A DNA stretch of 64,000 bases from Nemertoderma westbladi (GCA_032718475.1 JAUCBJ010008528.1:62001-126000), one strand, 5' to 3'; shown: positions 28,738 to 41,337, numbered from the stretch's first letter. Numbers and translations are program-made. The notes: a model not told the origin generated them from the sequence alone.

Positions 28738-28936
28738 ATGTGAAGAATACCCGGTTTTCATTAAAAATACAGGTTACAGAAGGGCTGAATCTAACCAAAA
28801 CAACAGGTTATAAGACTGAAATGGCGTAAAAAAACACTTTATAAGGTACATTTAAAAAAATACGAATTCTTCATATAGGCCTATAAAATTTCAATGTAAT
28901 TTCGACAGAAAAGTGAATACCTGGTATTCTTCACAT
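28738..28936. mobile_element. small inverted-repeat element (MITE-like)
   Basis: ATGTGAAGAATACCCGGTTTTCA versus TGAATACCTGGTATTCTTCACAT. Confidence 0.5.
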
Positions 28937-30509
28937 AGGCAGTAATAACATCATGAGCAATGCGAAATAAACTAAATCATATAGTTGCCTGAGTGATACA
29001 CGGTTAGTCTATATAAATTGCATTTAGAACTGGTAAAAAATTGTTGGTTTGAAACAATGCCATTATAATGAGAAGAAATTTAATAATTATATTATTAACA
29101 ATCAAACTCAAACAATCAATTGAATATTTACTAAATTGCTTCCATAATTACGCAGCGATTCAAATTATTGTACCTTTCAAATCCTGATGCTGCCTTACTC
29201 AATGTTAAATTGTGTGTTAAATAATTTTATGTTATGGAATATTTATTTATTTAAGTAGAGATCAGGCTCAACTACAAACCAATATTGGATAGTGAGTTCC
29301 GTTTTGGAGTACTTCTTGTAGACACTAAAGTTGCAATAATTTTTGAGTGTCTGCATGGATTTTGCTCAAATTGCGTGCAAACCTTTTCTATTTCGATGCA
29401 CTTTCGATTCATGTAATAAAATTTAATAAATTTGGTCCTTTTTCTGCCGGTTTTGGGGGATATTCTGATCAAAAATAACAATTTAAGAATAAAATACATT
29501 CCAAGCCTTTACCGTTTAGATTTTCTTGCTAAATGCCTGAACAGAGATGAATGTACTGTATTAGATAATAAAAGTATAGAACACTAATTAATTCTACGTA
29601 ATCTCAGTTTAGCCTAAAAAATAACATCGGGGAAGCAACCAATTTAACAATATAATGTACAAAACTCCTATGAAATTTGGTGATATGTACCATTGAGTCT
29701 ATCAAACAGCTTTTGGTACCCGGCTGGTACCCTGGTTTAGTTTCTGGTATTGTTAGTTTAATCGACAGCTGTTGTAAACGTCCCAGATAAACAAAACCTA
29801 CTAAGCTATTAATGTTTGGCATTCTATCAGATTTCAGTAGTAAGTAACCTCATAATAATTGCTAAATATCAATCACCTGAAAAACATTTTAAGCAAGGGA
29901 GTTGTGGGTATTTAATTTCGCGTTCAATAATGTTGAAAATATGCAAATATTTCGAATATCGCACTTCGAATCGTTCCCAACTTTTTTATTCAACAACTAG
30001 ACAACAATTGATAAATACTTGCGTTTACAATTTTACAATGCATGCAAGTGGTTTCAAGCCATTTGGTGAACATAAATAGTGAGTGATATAGTGACATATA
30101 TAGTGATATAGGTAAATATAGACATATATAGTGAGTGATATAGGTAAATATATCCATCGTGTTTTTGCCGGCCTCAGCTTTAGACAAAAACTACCCAGTC
30201 TAAAGACAGGTACGTTATAATGTTTAAATAGTTAGTAGATTGGTGGATTATATGATTCCAAAATAATCGAGGATATATTTGTGTTTATCGCAGAAGGGGA
30301 TTGCCATTTTATAACAGTTTGCAATAAAGCTAGCATCATTTTTCTCACTTAGTTTTAGTTCGCCTGGTTTTATCCGTGAGAGCACGCTGTGTGTTGCATA
30401 AGTAGAGGTTAGTAGTGAGTGGAGAGTAGGAAGCGGATAAGCCGTTGCGGCTTTGTGATAGGTGCTGCCAAGGCTAATGTGTGCCGTGTCTTGGTTGTTG
30501 TATGGTGCG

Positions 30510-31942
30510 TTAGGTCCTGGTAGCATTAGATCCGTGGCTTATGTCCTGGTAGCTAGACCTCAGTATCCGGACAATTCGGTCCAAAAAACAGGCGTATTTA
30601 TGGGACCGAATTGTCCGGGACCGAATTGTCCGGATACTGACTAGGACAATTCGGTCCAAAAAACATGCGTATTTATGGGACCGAATTGTCCGGAACCGAA
30701 TTGTGTGGGACCGAATTGTCCGGGACAAAATTTAATTGGTACTACTGTACTATATAATGGTGAATGTTCTAGAACCTTAAAAGATATTATTATATGGTAG
30801 CTAGTGTTTTTTTTACTAGCTAGTATTTTTTTGAAAATAAAAAAATTTTACTTTTTTATGTTAACATTATTAGTTATGGTAGCTATGGTGTTTTTATGGA
30901 GCTTGTGAATTATTTACTAGCTAGTAATAGTATGTATTTAAAATGTTTAAAACTGATTTTTTTTATATACTGCGTAATATAATACACACATCTCCAACCA
31001 GACACTATATAACATTGGAGGTGTCTCATTGGTTCCCTCAAGCTTGACACTAGAACAAAATCGCCTCCGCTTTGCAGGACATTGCTTTCGCCGTGAGGAC
31101 CAGCCAGTGCATAATCTTGTACTTTGGCAGCCTCATGGAGTGAATAAGCATGGTGGACAGCCCATGACTTTCTTGACTCGCATCTTAAAGGACACTGGCC
31201 TTAAAGATGCGGATGATCTAGCAAATGTCATGGGTGATAGGGAGTTGTGGCGGTGCAATTTTGTTGACAAGCCGGCACAGCATTCCTAAAAATGCAGCTG
31301 CAATGCAGCATGCCGATCCTAGTTTAGTAATACTGTATGTGTTGTTGGTTGGTTAACAAGCCTAAACTATTATCCTAGATAATAGCTTGATCTCATTCAG
31401 GGACTGTTATTATATCATCAATATTTTTGGTAATTAATATATTCAGCAACAGTTTAGGCCTAATTCTGAAATATCAATGTTTTCACAAGTTTTTTTATAA
31501 TTTCAAGGAAATGCTAGCTAGTAAAAAAAACACGAGCTAAACCTTAATAAATAATATATAATAATGTTCTCGAACACTTACCAATAACAAAAATAAAAAA
31601 AGTATAGTATTTTTAAAATTTCAAAAAATTCTAGCAAGAAAATAACACTAGCTACCATAAAAAATATCTCTACTAATGTTATAGAACATTCACCAATATC
31701 AAAAAAGCACTAAAAAGCTTCTATCAGGAACCGGACAATTCGGTCCCGGACAATTCGGTCCCGGACAATTCGGTCCTAGGACAATTCGGTCCCGGACAAT
31801 TCGGTCCCATTTATTTAGTGTTTTGGGACCAAATTGTCAGGGACCGAATTGTCCGGGACCGAATTGTCCCGACCGAATTGTCCGGGACCGAATTATCCTA
31901 CATCCGACCTAAAGCTACATAACCTAATGCCCCAGGACCTAA
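30510..31942. mobile_element. foldback-type non-autonomous DNA element with long modular inverted arms, interrupted by a LINE fragment
   Basis: Both arms carry clusters of the GGACAATTCGGTCC/GGACCGAATTGTCC motif (30565-30727, 31731-31900). Inner AT-rich inverted blocks TGGTGAATGTTCTA/TAGAACATTCACCA and TGGTAGCTAGTGTT/AACACTAGCTACCA. Outer TTAGGTCCTGG/CCAGGACCTAA. Confidence 0.75.
30986..31327 (+). mobile_element. 5'-truncated copy of the RTE-like LINE found at 60217-62000
   Basis: Near-identical to 61652-61990, with a short TAG tail, flanked by TAATAC (30980-85 and 31328-33) as a probable target-site duplication. Confidence 0.93.
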
Positions 31943-32212
31943 AAATCCTTAAATCCTAAAAAAAGACCGGAAAATCCTTGTAGTCCTCCAGGCGCAGGAC
32001 GTCGTCATATATAAATTTTCAATTAAATTATTACCGAAATTATTACCGGGCGGGGGGGGGGGGGGGGGGTCGTAGTTAATAGTAAGCTAAATAATCCCAT
32101 GATGAGAAATAAAATGTCAAACCAACATAGACAGACAAGACGTTCTTAATATCCTTATTCGAAAATATCAGTAAATTAGGTAAATCACCGTTATACAAGT
32201 CACACATGTTGC

Positions 32213-32521
32213 ATGTGGGGCGAGCCACACAGTCAGGGTGAGCCTTAGTGCACAATTATAATTAGTAAATAGGGCAAAATTTCATGGCCGTCTGTCTTTC
32301 TGTCTTTCTGTCCGTCTGTAATGAAAAACACATTCGTAAATAACGTTTGAAGATTTTAACCATTTTCAACCAAATTTTGTATGGGCATACTAGAGAAAAA
32401 GTTCCAATATTTTAGAAAGTTACGGGAAAATACCTCTCGAACTTTTGACCCAGATCAAATCGAACTTGTTTCGAACTTGCTCAAGTTCGCGTGCTGCGCG
32501 ACGACGTCCCACGAACGTGTT
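32213..32521 (+). mobile_element. short Helentron/DINE-1-like non-autonomous element
   Basis: Starts ATGTGGGGCGAGCCAC...GAGCCTTAG, has a GTCT-type microsatellite and ends CGTGCTGCGCGA...CCCAC...CGTGTT. Shares both termini with 39640-41337. Confidence 0.6.
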
Positions 32522-32854
32522 GGTATCACGTAAGTTGTCCACAATTTCAGTCTGTTTGTCTATAAACCTCTATAAAAACGTTAGGCACAATTAATTTGTT
32601 CTCAGATATTCATCACATGGCTAATTGCTAAAGTATTGTTGTATTTTGCCATGCTTGTGGGTGAATGTCACGTTAAGACTCTGTGGTAGGTGTTAATAAT
32701 TAATTCAGAATTCATTTTCACGGGGCATCTGTTTACAATCACCATAGTTGAACCGGGAAAGCAGAAAATGTTCAGTACATTATTGAAATAACAACAATGA
32801 CTTTTTCAGTGTTTTTGTTTATCAGTAGACCATATAGGTATTTTGTTTCGACAG

Positions 32855-33167
32855 GTCTGCTAATGTCGACGTACAGGCCGTGATCCGAAAGCGGTTGTTG
32901 CTACGACAACAGCAAGGTAAATCCCCGGGATCAGCGGGACTACCGAACGCGCCTCCGCCCTCGCCAGCCCTGGCGCCCGGCGCTCTGTTGGCCGCACCCA
33001 CCGATCAGTCGCCCACTGCCCAGCAGGTCTCTCCGATTATACCCCGCCCAGAGGTTACCGGGCTCGTTTACGATTCAGTTATGTTGAAGCATACGTGTAG
33101 CTGTGGGGATAACACAACGCACGCGGAACACCCTGGGAGGTTACAGAGCATCTGGGCGCGTTTACAG
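32855..33167 (+). CDS. HDAC4: class IIa HDAC exon: start of deacetylase domain (TGLVYDSVMLKHTCSCGDNTTHAEHPGRLQSIWARLQ)
   Basis: Acceptor ttttgtttcgacAG, donor CAG|GTAAGC. Matches the HDAC4/5/7 TGLVYD..MLKH.C.CG....HPEH.GRIQSIWSRLQ motif, including class IIa structural-zinc residues. Confidence 0.95.
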
Positions 33168-34644
33168 GTAAGCATAAGAGGCGGGGGCTAAATTGCCCTC
33201 TACTTTTGTTTTTTTGCGCACTCTACAATCACTCTAAATTTTTTGACCACTGCCCAATTTCTTTAACTTTTCAAAAATAAACATTGGCTTTGAATATAAA
33301 TAACGAACTTTGTTACATACATTCCAATCATAACAATAAGCATAAGTTACATAAATATGAGTACAACAACAACTAGTGGTTGATATTTTAATATATTTAC
33401 TCTTACCCTTCTAATTATTTATTATGCCCTTGTAATTTATTAATAGTTTCATCAGATTTTTATTTCTTGATTCTTTTCTAATTAGGCTAAATGATATGCA
33501 CATCTTTTGATTTTATTATTATTATCTATAATAGATTTTATTGCTACTCAGAGAAGTAGGCTTGCTCCTTGAATTGCTTCATTGCTCTAGACTGGTAGGC
33601 CTCCCACCTTACAACGTAGTAAAGTTCAATATGTTTGTAGGTCCAATATCTTTCAGTTTACCACGGTACCGGCACCTTTGAGGTTGTAGTCTGTGCTTGT
33701 CCTTACAAAGACGACCTAGTTAGAAGATTAGACCTGGTTTCTACGTCCTTATCCTTAATATGAAAACGGTGTGAATTTAAGAATTTACAATTACGACACC
33801 AGTTTAATATTAACCACCATGCACCGGTACATATATATCTCATTCATTCATTATCTTTCATTTTAATCTGCCATCAACATACTGAAAGGGTGTATTATTT
33901 TGAGGTATGCTACCGGTAGGTCATAGCATGCTGTTCATTCATATTCTTTCAGTTTTCCTTACCTGATTATTTATATATTTAGCTACCGTCCTGACCTGTG
34001 TTAGTGTGTAATTATATCACTAAAGTTAGCCTACAACTACGGGGGCACAAGAACACAGGTCTTCTGAGCTTCTACCTGTGCCTGACCCACATAAAACTAT
34101 TTATGTTTCCTTTGGCCTACTTACCGGTTACAGGTAGGCCTATCATCTATCACCAGTGCATTTAACGCCGACGGTCGGTAAATACTAGGCTATATTAAAT
34201 TATAATGGTACCTAGCGGTTAACCTTAGCTGCATAGGCTATATATAGCATGTATAACTAAACAGTAGGCCTAAACGATACGTAGTGAATGCCGATAGCTG
34301 TAGGCTATGGGATGGGTGGGGTGGGGATTGTCCTAAAAATAGGGGCTGGTTATATATATCCAAGGTAAAATCATAATGATAGGCCTATGGCCTACCGAAC
34401 GCAGGTCTCTAATTCGAATAACTGTTGTCCTTGTCGCCCTTGCCATATTGAATTTCGTATCTACCGGTACTTATGAACATCACACATAACAATATAGGCT
34501 ATCTACCGGTAGAACTGTTGAACTATATCCATTGCTAGTTAACTTTTTAAATGCGAAGTGTTTTTCGGCCAATGTAAAGTAAACATTCCCAGAGTGCGCA
34601 AGGAAGCCAATATTTGTATACGTATCTTTTAAGGGGAATGTTTC

Positions 34645-35500
34645 GTTGGTGGGTTGATTGGTTCGTCGGTCGGCCGGTTGGTCGGCTGGTTGGCAGGTCG
34701 ATTGGTACATTAGTGGGTAGACGGTCGGTGGGTTGTAAAAGATGTGTATATGGGAAGATGACTGGGTGGGAAGATGGGAATGTGGGTAGTTGTGTGGGCA
34801 GATGGGAATGTGGGAAGTTGGCTGGGTGGGTATGTTGGTGGTTGTGTGGGAAGATGGGAAGGTGACTGGGTGGGGATGTGGGTGGTTGTGTCAAATTCCC
34901 AAATTGCCATCCACCTTCACGTCTTCCCACATTCCCATCTTCCCACATTTCCATATTTCCACATTCCCACCTACTTTGCCATCTTCCACACTCCCATCTT
35001 CCCACATTCCATTCTCCCCACATTCTCATCATCCCCCAATCCCATCTTCCCACATTCCCATCTTCCCACCCATCTTCCCACATTCCCATCTTTCCACATT
35101 CCCATCTTCCCAAATTACCATCCACCTTCACGTCTGCCCACATTCCCATCTTCCCACATTTCCATATTTCCACATTCCCCCACATCTTCCCACATTCCCA
35201 CCTACTTTGCCATCTTCCACACTCCCATCTTCCCACATTCCAATCTCCCCACATTCTCATCATCCCCCAGTCACTTCTTCCCACATTCCCATCTTCCCGC
35301 ATTCCCATCGTCCCACATACCCACCTACTTTGCCATCTTCTACATTCCAATCTTCCCACATTCCCATTTTCACACATTCTCATCTTCCCACATTCCCATC
35401 TTCCCACATTCCCATCTTCCTACATTCCCATCTTCCCTCATTCGCATCCACCTTCCCGCATTCCAATCTATTTTCCAATTCCAACATTTCCACCAACCTT
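34645..35500. repeat. GGTY microsatellite followed by a head-to-head 8/16-bp minisatellite (GGGAAGATGGGAATGT, then ACATTCCCATCTTCCC)
   Basis: G-rich on + at ~34750-34890. It switches at ~34895 to the reverse complement through ~35460. The overlapping His/Pro and Gly/Trp ORFs are repeat artefacts. Confidence 0.9.
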
Positions 35501-36170
35501 TCCATCGTAACACATCGGTATCATGATTTGTAGGTGTGGCATGTGTGCGTACTAATTTCCATTTTGTTGGTATGGCAAAATAGCAACAGATACCTACGGT
35601 TCTAGTTTCTTAATTCAGTGACTTGGACTTTCCCTCAGCTCAGCCCCTATAAATTTTGCTACAAATCTGAATGATTTTGCATAAAATTTGAAACAGTGAT
35701 AGTTCCAAATATGAAACGAAATGAAAATTTCATTGAAAAATAGCTGAGATATAAGTTCGACAGTTTAATGGTTTTTCATGCAAGGGAAGTATATAATATA
35801 TATATATCAATTAAGTAACTAATGAAAAGAGGCAATACCTATAAATTACTGGTAGGCTATTCATACATAACAAAATGTTTCAGAATATTATGGTGTACCG
35901 GTATTTACTTAATAGAATAAAATAGCCTCGCTCAGATACAAAACGATATATCTCAGCTAGTTTTCAACGAAATTTAGATTCGCGAACAATTTGGAAACTT
36001 TGCTTGGACAGATTTCCATCAGTACCAACAATGTCACCTACCTAGTGTATTCAGTTGTGCTAGGTTTAGTTTTATGTAAATCACCCTGTTTATAACTGCA
36101 TTTTGTTCACAATCTTCATTAGCTCATAATATCATTCAATAATATTACCTATCTTATTGCTGTATGAACT

Positions 36171-38234
36171 ATGGATGCCTGTGGGGTTGATTTGGATGAT
36201 GCTGTGGTGCCTGACCTGGAGTATGGTGGTTCCAAGACTATTGGGAAAGCAGGGCGTTCTAGTCCTGGCATAAGTCAATCCGGGGACAATTTTAAATCGC
36301 TCAAAAACAAAGATAAAAACGCTGCAATACAGGGGAAACTAAAGAAAGATAAGATTAAAACAGTTGCATCAGATAACATGAAATCATCGAGAAAAAATAT
36401 TTTACAGCAGATTGAAAAAAATAAGGAAATATGCAGTAAGAATAATAAAAACAGTGATTTTGTTAGTGGTATCAATATGGAGAATCTTGTGAGAAATAAG
36501 TCATCGAAGAAATCCAAAAAAGGAAAAAGGACAGATATTGATTGTGGTGACAATATTCAAGGTGTCAGTGGTGATGAAAAGATACAGGATAAGTTATTTC
36601 TGGAAAGTCCAGAAATTCCGATTGGAAAGAAACGCCAAAGGGCTATAAGTGATAAACCATTCAAGGATAAGCCTCTTGTATCTGAAGATAACCCACAACT
36701 AGCTAAAGTCTACGGTAATCCAGAGATTTCCCTTTGTGCTCCTGCAAAGGGATCACAAACAGATATGTCTTACGACTCCGCTTGTAATTGGGTTTTGTGT
36801 AACAACTGCGAAAAATGGCGCATGTTAGGGGTTGATATTGACCCTTCATCGCTGCCAGATATTTGGCGTTGTGATATGATGCACATAAGCTGTGATGAGC
36901 CAGAAGTTTCATCGGTTAATGAGACCAAACCCATGCCAAAGTTCGTACCAGGTGACCTTGTTTGGGGGTTTGTCCCTGGCTATTGTTGGTGGCCAGCTAT
37001 AGTTGAGATAGATCCGGACTTAGTGTCCTTTTACACTCCCAGGAATGTTAGTAAGAACGGTCCCAGTCATTACCATGTGGTTTTCTTTGGTCCGAAGGTC
37101 TCAAGGTCATGGCTTTCAGATGAGAAGCTTAGGGAGTTTACTAAGTTTGCTAGCATCTCTCATATCAGACCTATAGTTCCTAAGGCGTGGGTTAAACAGG
37201 TTGAGGTTGCCTTAGATAATGCCAAGGAAGCAGAGAAATTGAGTAATTCTCAACGATTAGCTACTTTCGGGTTTCTTAAAAGGTACCGCGGTATAGATTA
37301 CTATTGTGGTAAAAGGGAAAGTTATTCTTATCGCCACGAAATTGATGCTGGTACAGAAAATTGTGATGACAATGTCTCTGACGATGATAGCGATTCTTAT
37401 TGTCCCGGAGATAATTCCGATGACGATGATGTTGGTAAAGTTGGTTCAAGTAAGACAAAAAGCAATGACCCTCGTAAGAAAGAGAAACATGTGAAAGTCG
37501 ATGCTGTTAAGTCTACTGATAATTCGTTAAAGAGGTCTCACTCTGAAATAACGGCATCTTCATCTAAGTCGCTTAAAACCCAAAGCAGCAAAGGGAATAA
37601 TTCAGTTGGTAGAGAGAAGTCCGCTAAATGTAAGAGTTCGGTCTTGGTTAAGGAAAGATCGAGTAACTTAGAGGTTGTTCCATCTTCTTCTAAAAAATCG
37701 TCGATGAAGAAAAGCCAGTTTATTATTCCAAGTAAATCCGGAGATCTAAATGTCGCCGCTCCGAAGACCAAGAAGATTCTCAGGATCGAGAAGAGTGTTC
37801 GGGATTCTGGGAAGGTGTCGTCTGCACCGGAAGATGTGGAAGTTGACAAGGTTGATAAATCCATCAAACCCACGGTCGTTAAGAAACCCAAATTCGTTTC
37901 TTTCAAAGCCACACATAGCAGCGGTAAATACCAGCCATCCAATGGTGTCGCGGACACTTTGTCCGTATCCAAGGTTGCTGATGATGGCGTCGACAGAGAT
38001 GTAGCTAAAGGATCACAAGGACATGTTAGAAGATCCAGTGAAATCGACAGTGATGATGATAATAATGAAGGAGTCGCAATCGCGGAGAAACCCATGGAGT
38101 TTCATAATGAAGTGTCCAAGAAAGATGAGGAAGATTATTCGATGCCGAAAGTTGTCAACGTTGTCGGTTGCGTGTCGGACACTGATGATGATGATGCTGT
38201 TAGCGACGATTCCAATCCGTTTGAACTTATTTAA
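36171..38234 (+). CDS. ZCWPW1: ZCWPW1-like zinc finger CW + PWWP histone-methylation reader, single 687-aa ORF nested in the HDAC intron
   Basis: zf-CW WVLCNNCEKWRML..IDPSSLPDIWRC....CDEPE is followed by PWWP PGDLVWGFVPGYCWWPAIVEIDPDL...YHVVFFG..VSRSW and then A.EAE.....R...FGF..R, the ZCWPW1 architecture as I recall it. AATAAA at ~38317 and ~38393. Confidence 0.85.
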   Translation: MDACGVDLDDAVVPDLEYGGSKTIGKAGRSSPGISQSGDNFKSLKNKDKNAAIQGKLKKDKIKTVASDNMKSSRKNILQQIEKNKEICSKNNKNSDFVSGINMENLVRNKSSKKSKKGKRTDIDCGDNIQGVSGDEKIQDKLFLESPEIPIGKKRQRAISDKPFKDKPLVSEDNPQLAKVYGNPEISLCAPAKGSQTDMSYDSACNWVLCNNCEKWRMLGVDIDPSSLPDIWRCDMMHISCDEPEVSSVNETKPMPKFVPGDLVWGFVPGYCWWPAIVEIDPDLVSFYTPRNVSKNGPSHYHVVFFGPKVSRSWLSDEKLREFTKFASISHIRPIVPKAWVKQVEVALDNAKEAEKLSNSQRLATFGFLKRYRGIDYYCGKRESYSYRHEIDAGTENCDDNVSDDDSDSYCPGDNSDDDDVGKVGSSKTKSNDPRKKEKHVKVDAVKSTDNSLKRSHSEITASSSKSLKTQSSKGNNSVGREKSAKCKSSVLVKERSSNLEVVPSSSKKSSMKKSQFIIPSKSGDLNVAAPKTKKILRIEKSVRDSGKVSSAPEDVEVDKVDKSIKPTVVKKPKFVSFKATHSSGKYQPSNGVADTLSVSKVADDGVDRDVAKGSQGHVRRSSEIDSDDDNNEGVAIAEKPMEFHNEVSKKDEEDYSMPKVVNVVGCVSDTDDDDAVSDDSNPFELI

Positions 38235-38921
38235 TCGATTATTGTTGAAAATCTCAAACTTGTTATTAGTATTATGACTCGAACTCCGGATTATTTTTTC
38301 AGTCCTTTTCCTGTACAATAAAAGCAGTCGCTATATTATTATTATTATACACAAATTCTGTATTGTAAATGTTTTTTCTGAAATGTTAATTTAATAAAAA
38401 GTTTCAATGTATATAACATCTTCTCTGAACTTGAGTTTCTAATGTTCGCCTTTTACCGTAGACCAATTTAATTTTTAATTAATCTAATGTCGGTATTTAT
38501 TATAATAATACAGTTGGTTTTACGAGTTTGAATTTATTTAATTTATTTTTAATTTTTTAGCTTTATAAGTACAGTATAATACAGTAATTGTATTTATTTT
38601 TCGTATAATAGACATAAGTAAGGCATTATGTCTAACTTATTAAAATGCGAATAACAAATTGTTCATATTTCTTGTTGTTTGATGAATATGGAGTTGTGTT
38701 AAGTCCAGTTTTATAATAGTTACATATTTTTAGATTTTTGAATTCACTTTAATGGGCTTCTTTGTAACATCGATTGGCAAATAAATATTAATTATCATTA
38801 TCGATGTTATTAAAGAATTTGATGTACATAAGATAGTAAGTAACATTGAACATAAATTCTTGTTGAGCATCCAATGTCCTTATTGTAATAATTGATAATA
38901 TTTCAACCTGTCAGTTTCATG

Positions 38922-39413
38922 TAAGTAATATGGTCTTGTACAATGTTGTTATTGTCGTTATTTAAGTAATATGGTCTTGTACAATGTTGTTATTGTCGTT
39001 ATTTAAGTAATATGGTCTTGTACAATGTTGTTATTGTCGTTATTTAAGTAATATGGTCTTGTACAATGTTGTTATTGTCGTTATTTAAGTAATATGGTCT
39101 TGTACAATGTTGTTATTGTCGTTATTTAAGTAATATGGTCTTGTACAATGTTGTTATTGTCGTTATTTAAGTAATATGGTCTTGTACAATGTTGTTATTG
39201 TCGTTATTTAAGTAATATGGTCTTGTACAATGTTGTTATTGTCGTTATTTAAGTAATATGGTCTTGTACAATGTTGTTATTGTCGTTATTTAAGTAATAT
39301 GGTCTTGTACAATGTTGTTATTGTCGTTATTTAAGTAATATGGTCTTGTACAATGTTGTTATTGTCGTTATTTAAGTAATATGGTCTTGTACAATGTTGT
39401 TATTGTCGTTATT
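38922..39413. repeat. 41-bp tandem minisatellite, ~12 essentially identical copies
   Basis: Unit TAAGTAATATGGTCTTGTACAATGTTGTTATTGTCGTTATT, with starts at 38922, 38963, etc. Confidence 0.97.
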
Positions 39414-39639
39414 TTCGTTGGTTATTGTCGTTGTTTGTAATTTGTAGATAAGTATTTAAATGTTCAACAAAGTAAGTTCTGGATTCAATTGTGCTAATTT
39501 TGGTTTATAATATTAAGACATATTTGGTTTTGTAACCGGTTTCTTTATTTTTCAATATAATTCATTTATTGTTATAGGTAATTAAATAATAATTTTTTCA
39601 TTGAGAGATAACCGTCAAATATTTCACGTTTAGGAGTTT

Positions 39640-39737
39640 ATGTGGGGCGAGCCACGAAGTTGGCGGAGCCTTAGCGAATTGACACTGTTAGGGGGTGGGT
39701 CAATTTATGCAAATAGTTGTCGTCGTCGTCGTCGTCT

Positions 39738-39828
<91 letters not shown>

Positions 39829-41337
39829 TGTCGTCGTCGTCGTCGTTACGATTTTGACATGCTAATAACTTTGTCGGATTTAAAGCTGCCAAGTTGAAAA
39901 TTTGTAGGTATCAATATGAGCAAAAGTTGAGATTTTTGAGAGACTTTCAGACACCATCAGTGCAATGGTCTCCCGCTAGAGGGCCACATGTCTAAACATT
40001 AAATGCCCTCCCATTTCTTTGCTTTTAATCCGTTTAAGCTGAAACTTGGCAGATATGTATTAGACCATTAGCTGTGACTTTCAAAGGAGGCGAATCCATC
40101 TGCAGTTCTCCAGTCTGCCGCTAGAGGGCCAAAGGTCTGAAAGTGAAATCGTTGTCGTCGTTACGATTTTGACATGCTAATAACTTTGTCGGATTTAAAG
40201 CTGCCAAGTTGAAAATTTGTAGGTATCAATATGTGCAAAAGTTGAGATTTTTGAGAGACTTTCAGACACCATCAGTGCAATGGTCTCCCGCTAGAGGGCC
40301 ACATGTCTAAACATTAAATGCCCTCCCATTTCTTTGCTTTTAATCCGTTTAAGCTGAAACTTGGCAGATATGTATTAGACCATTAGCTGTGACTTTCAAA
40401 GGAGGCGAATCCATCTGCAGTTCTCCAGTCTGCCGCTAGAGGGCCAAAGGTCTGAAAGTGAAATCGTTGTCGTCGTTACGATTTTGACATGCTAATAACT
40501 TTGTCGGATTTAAAGCTGCCAAGTTGAAAATTTGTAGGTATCAATATGAGCTAAAGTTGAGATTTTTGAGAGACTTTCAGACACCATCAGAGCAATGGTC
40601 TCCCGCTAGAGGGCCACATGTCTAAACATTAAATGCCCTCCCATTTCTTTGCTTTTAATCCGTTTAAGCTGAAACTTGGCAGATATGTATTAGACCATTA
40701 GCTGTGACTTTCAAAGGAGGCGAATCCATCTGCAGTTCTCCAGTCTGCCGCTAGAGGGCCAAATGTCTGAAAGTGAAATCGTTGTCGTCGTTATGATATT
40801 GACATGCTTATAACTTTGTCGAATTTAAAGCTGCCAAGTTGAAAATTTGTTTTGTTGAAAATCAGTTCAACAGTCACCCGCTATAGGACTACTTTATGCC
40901 TGAAAGTGAATAGATTCTCCCGTCTCATTGATTTTAATCAGTTTAAGCTGAATCTTGCCATATATTCTGGACCACATGCTGCGTCTTTGTGGGGGGGGGG
41001 GGGGGGGGGGGGGGAGATTTAATCGGTCTGCCGCTATACGACGAAATTTCTGAAAGTGAGATCCGTCTCTCATTTCGTTATCCGTTATTCAAGATGAAAC
41101 TTGGCCGATGTACGTATGTACTATTCATCCATAGGCTGTGTCTTTGTGGGGCTGGAGACCCTAATCCATCTTCAGTTCTCACTATACCGCTAGAGTCAGA
41201 AATGTCTGAAAAGAAATGAAAGAGGTAAAAAGTGATTAGGCGAAATCTGCTTAAAATTTGCTAATACAGTAATACTTTCGAATTAGTACTTTAATTAAAT
41301 TTAAGTCACGTGCTGCGCGAAGGCCCCACTTCGTGTT
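39640..41337 (+). mobile_element. Helentron/DINE-1-like (HINE) element with (GTC)n microsatellite and internal 315-bp tandem core repeats
   Basis: 5' GTGGGGC...CACGAAG and 3' GCCCCAC/CTTCGTG subterminal inverted motifs with a terminal hairpin. (GTC)n at 39719-39845. Core repeats start at 39845, 40160, 40475 and 40790, each a dimer of ~157-bp subunits (CCGCTAGAGGGCCA twice). Confidence 0.7.

Noticed and set aside
34480-35533. His/Pro-rich and Gly/Trp-rich ORFs of 200-290 aa
   Set aside because: Open in nearly all frames because the minisatellite lacks stops; no splice or domain support.
39640-39897. Poly-Arg / poly-Asp ORFs
   Set aside because: (GTC)n microsatellite inside a repeat element.
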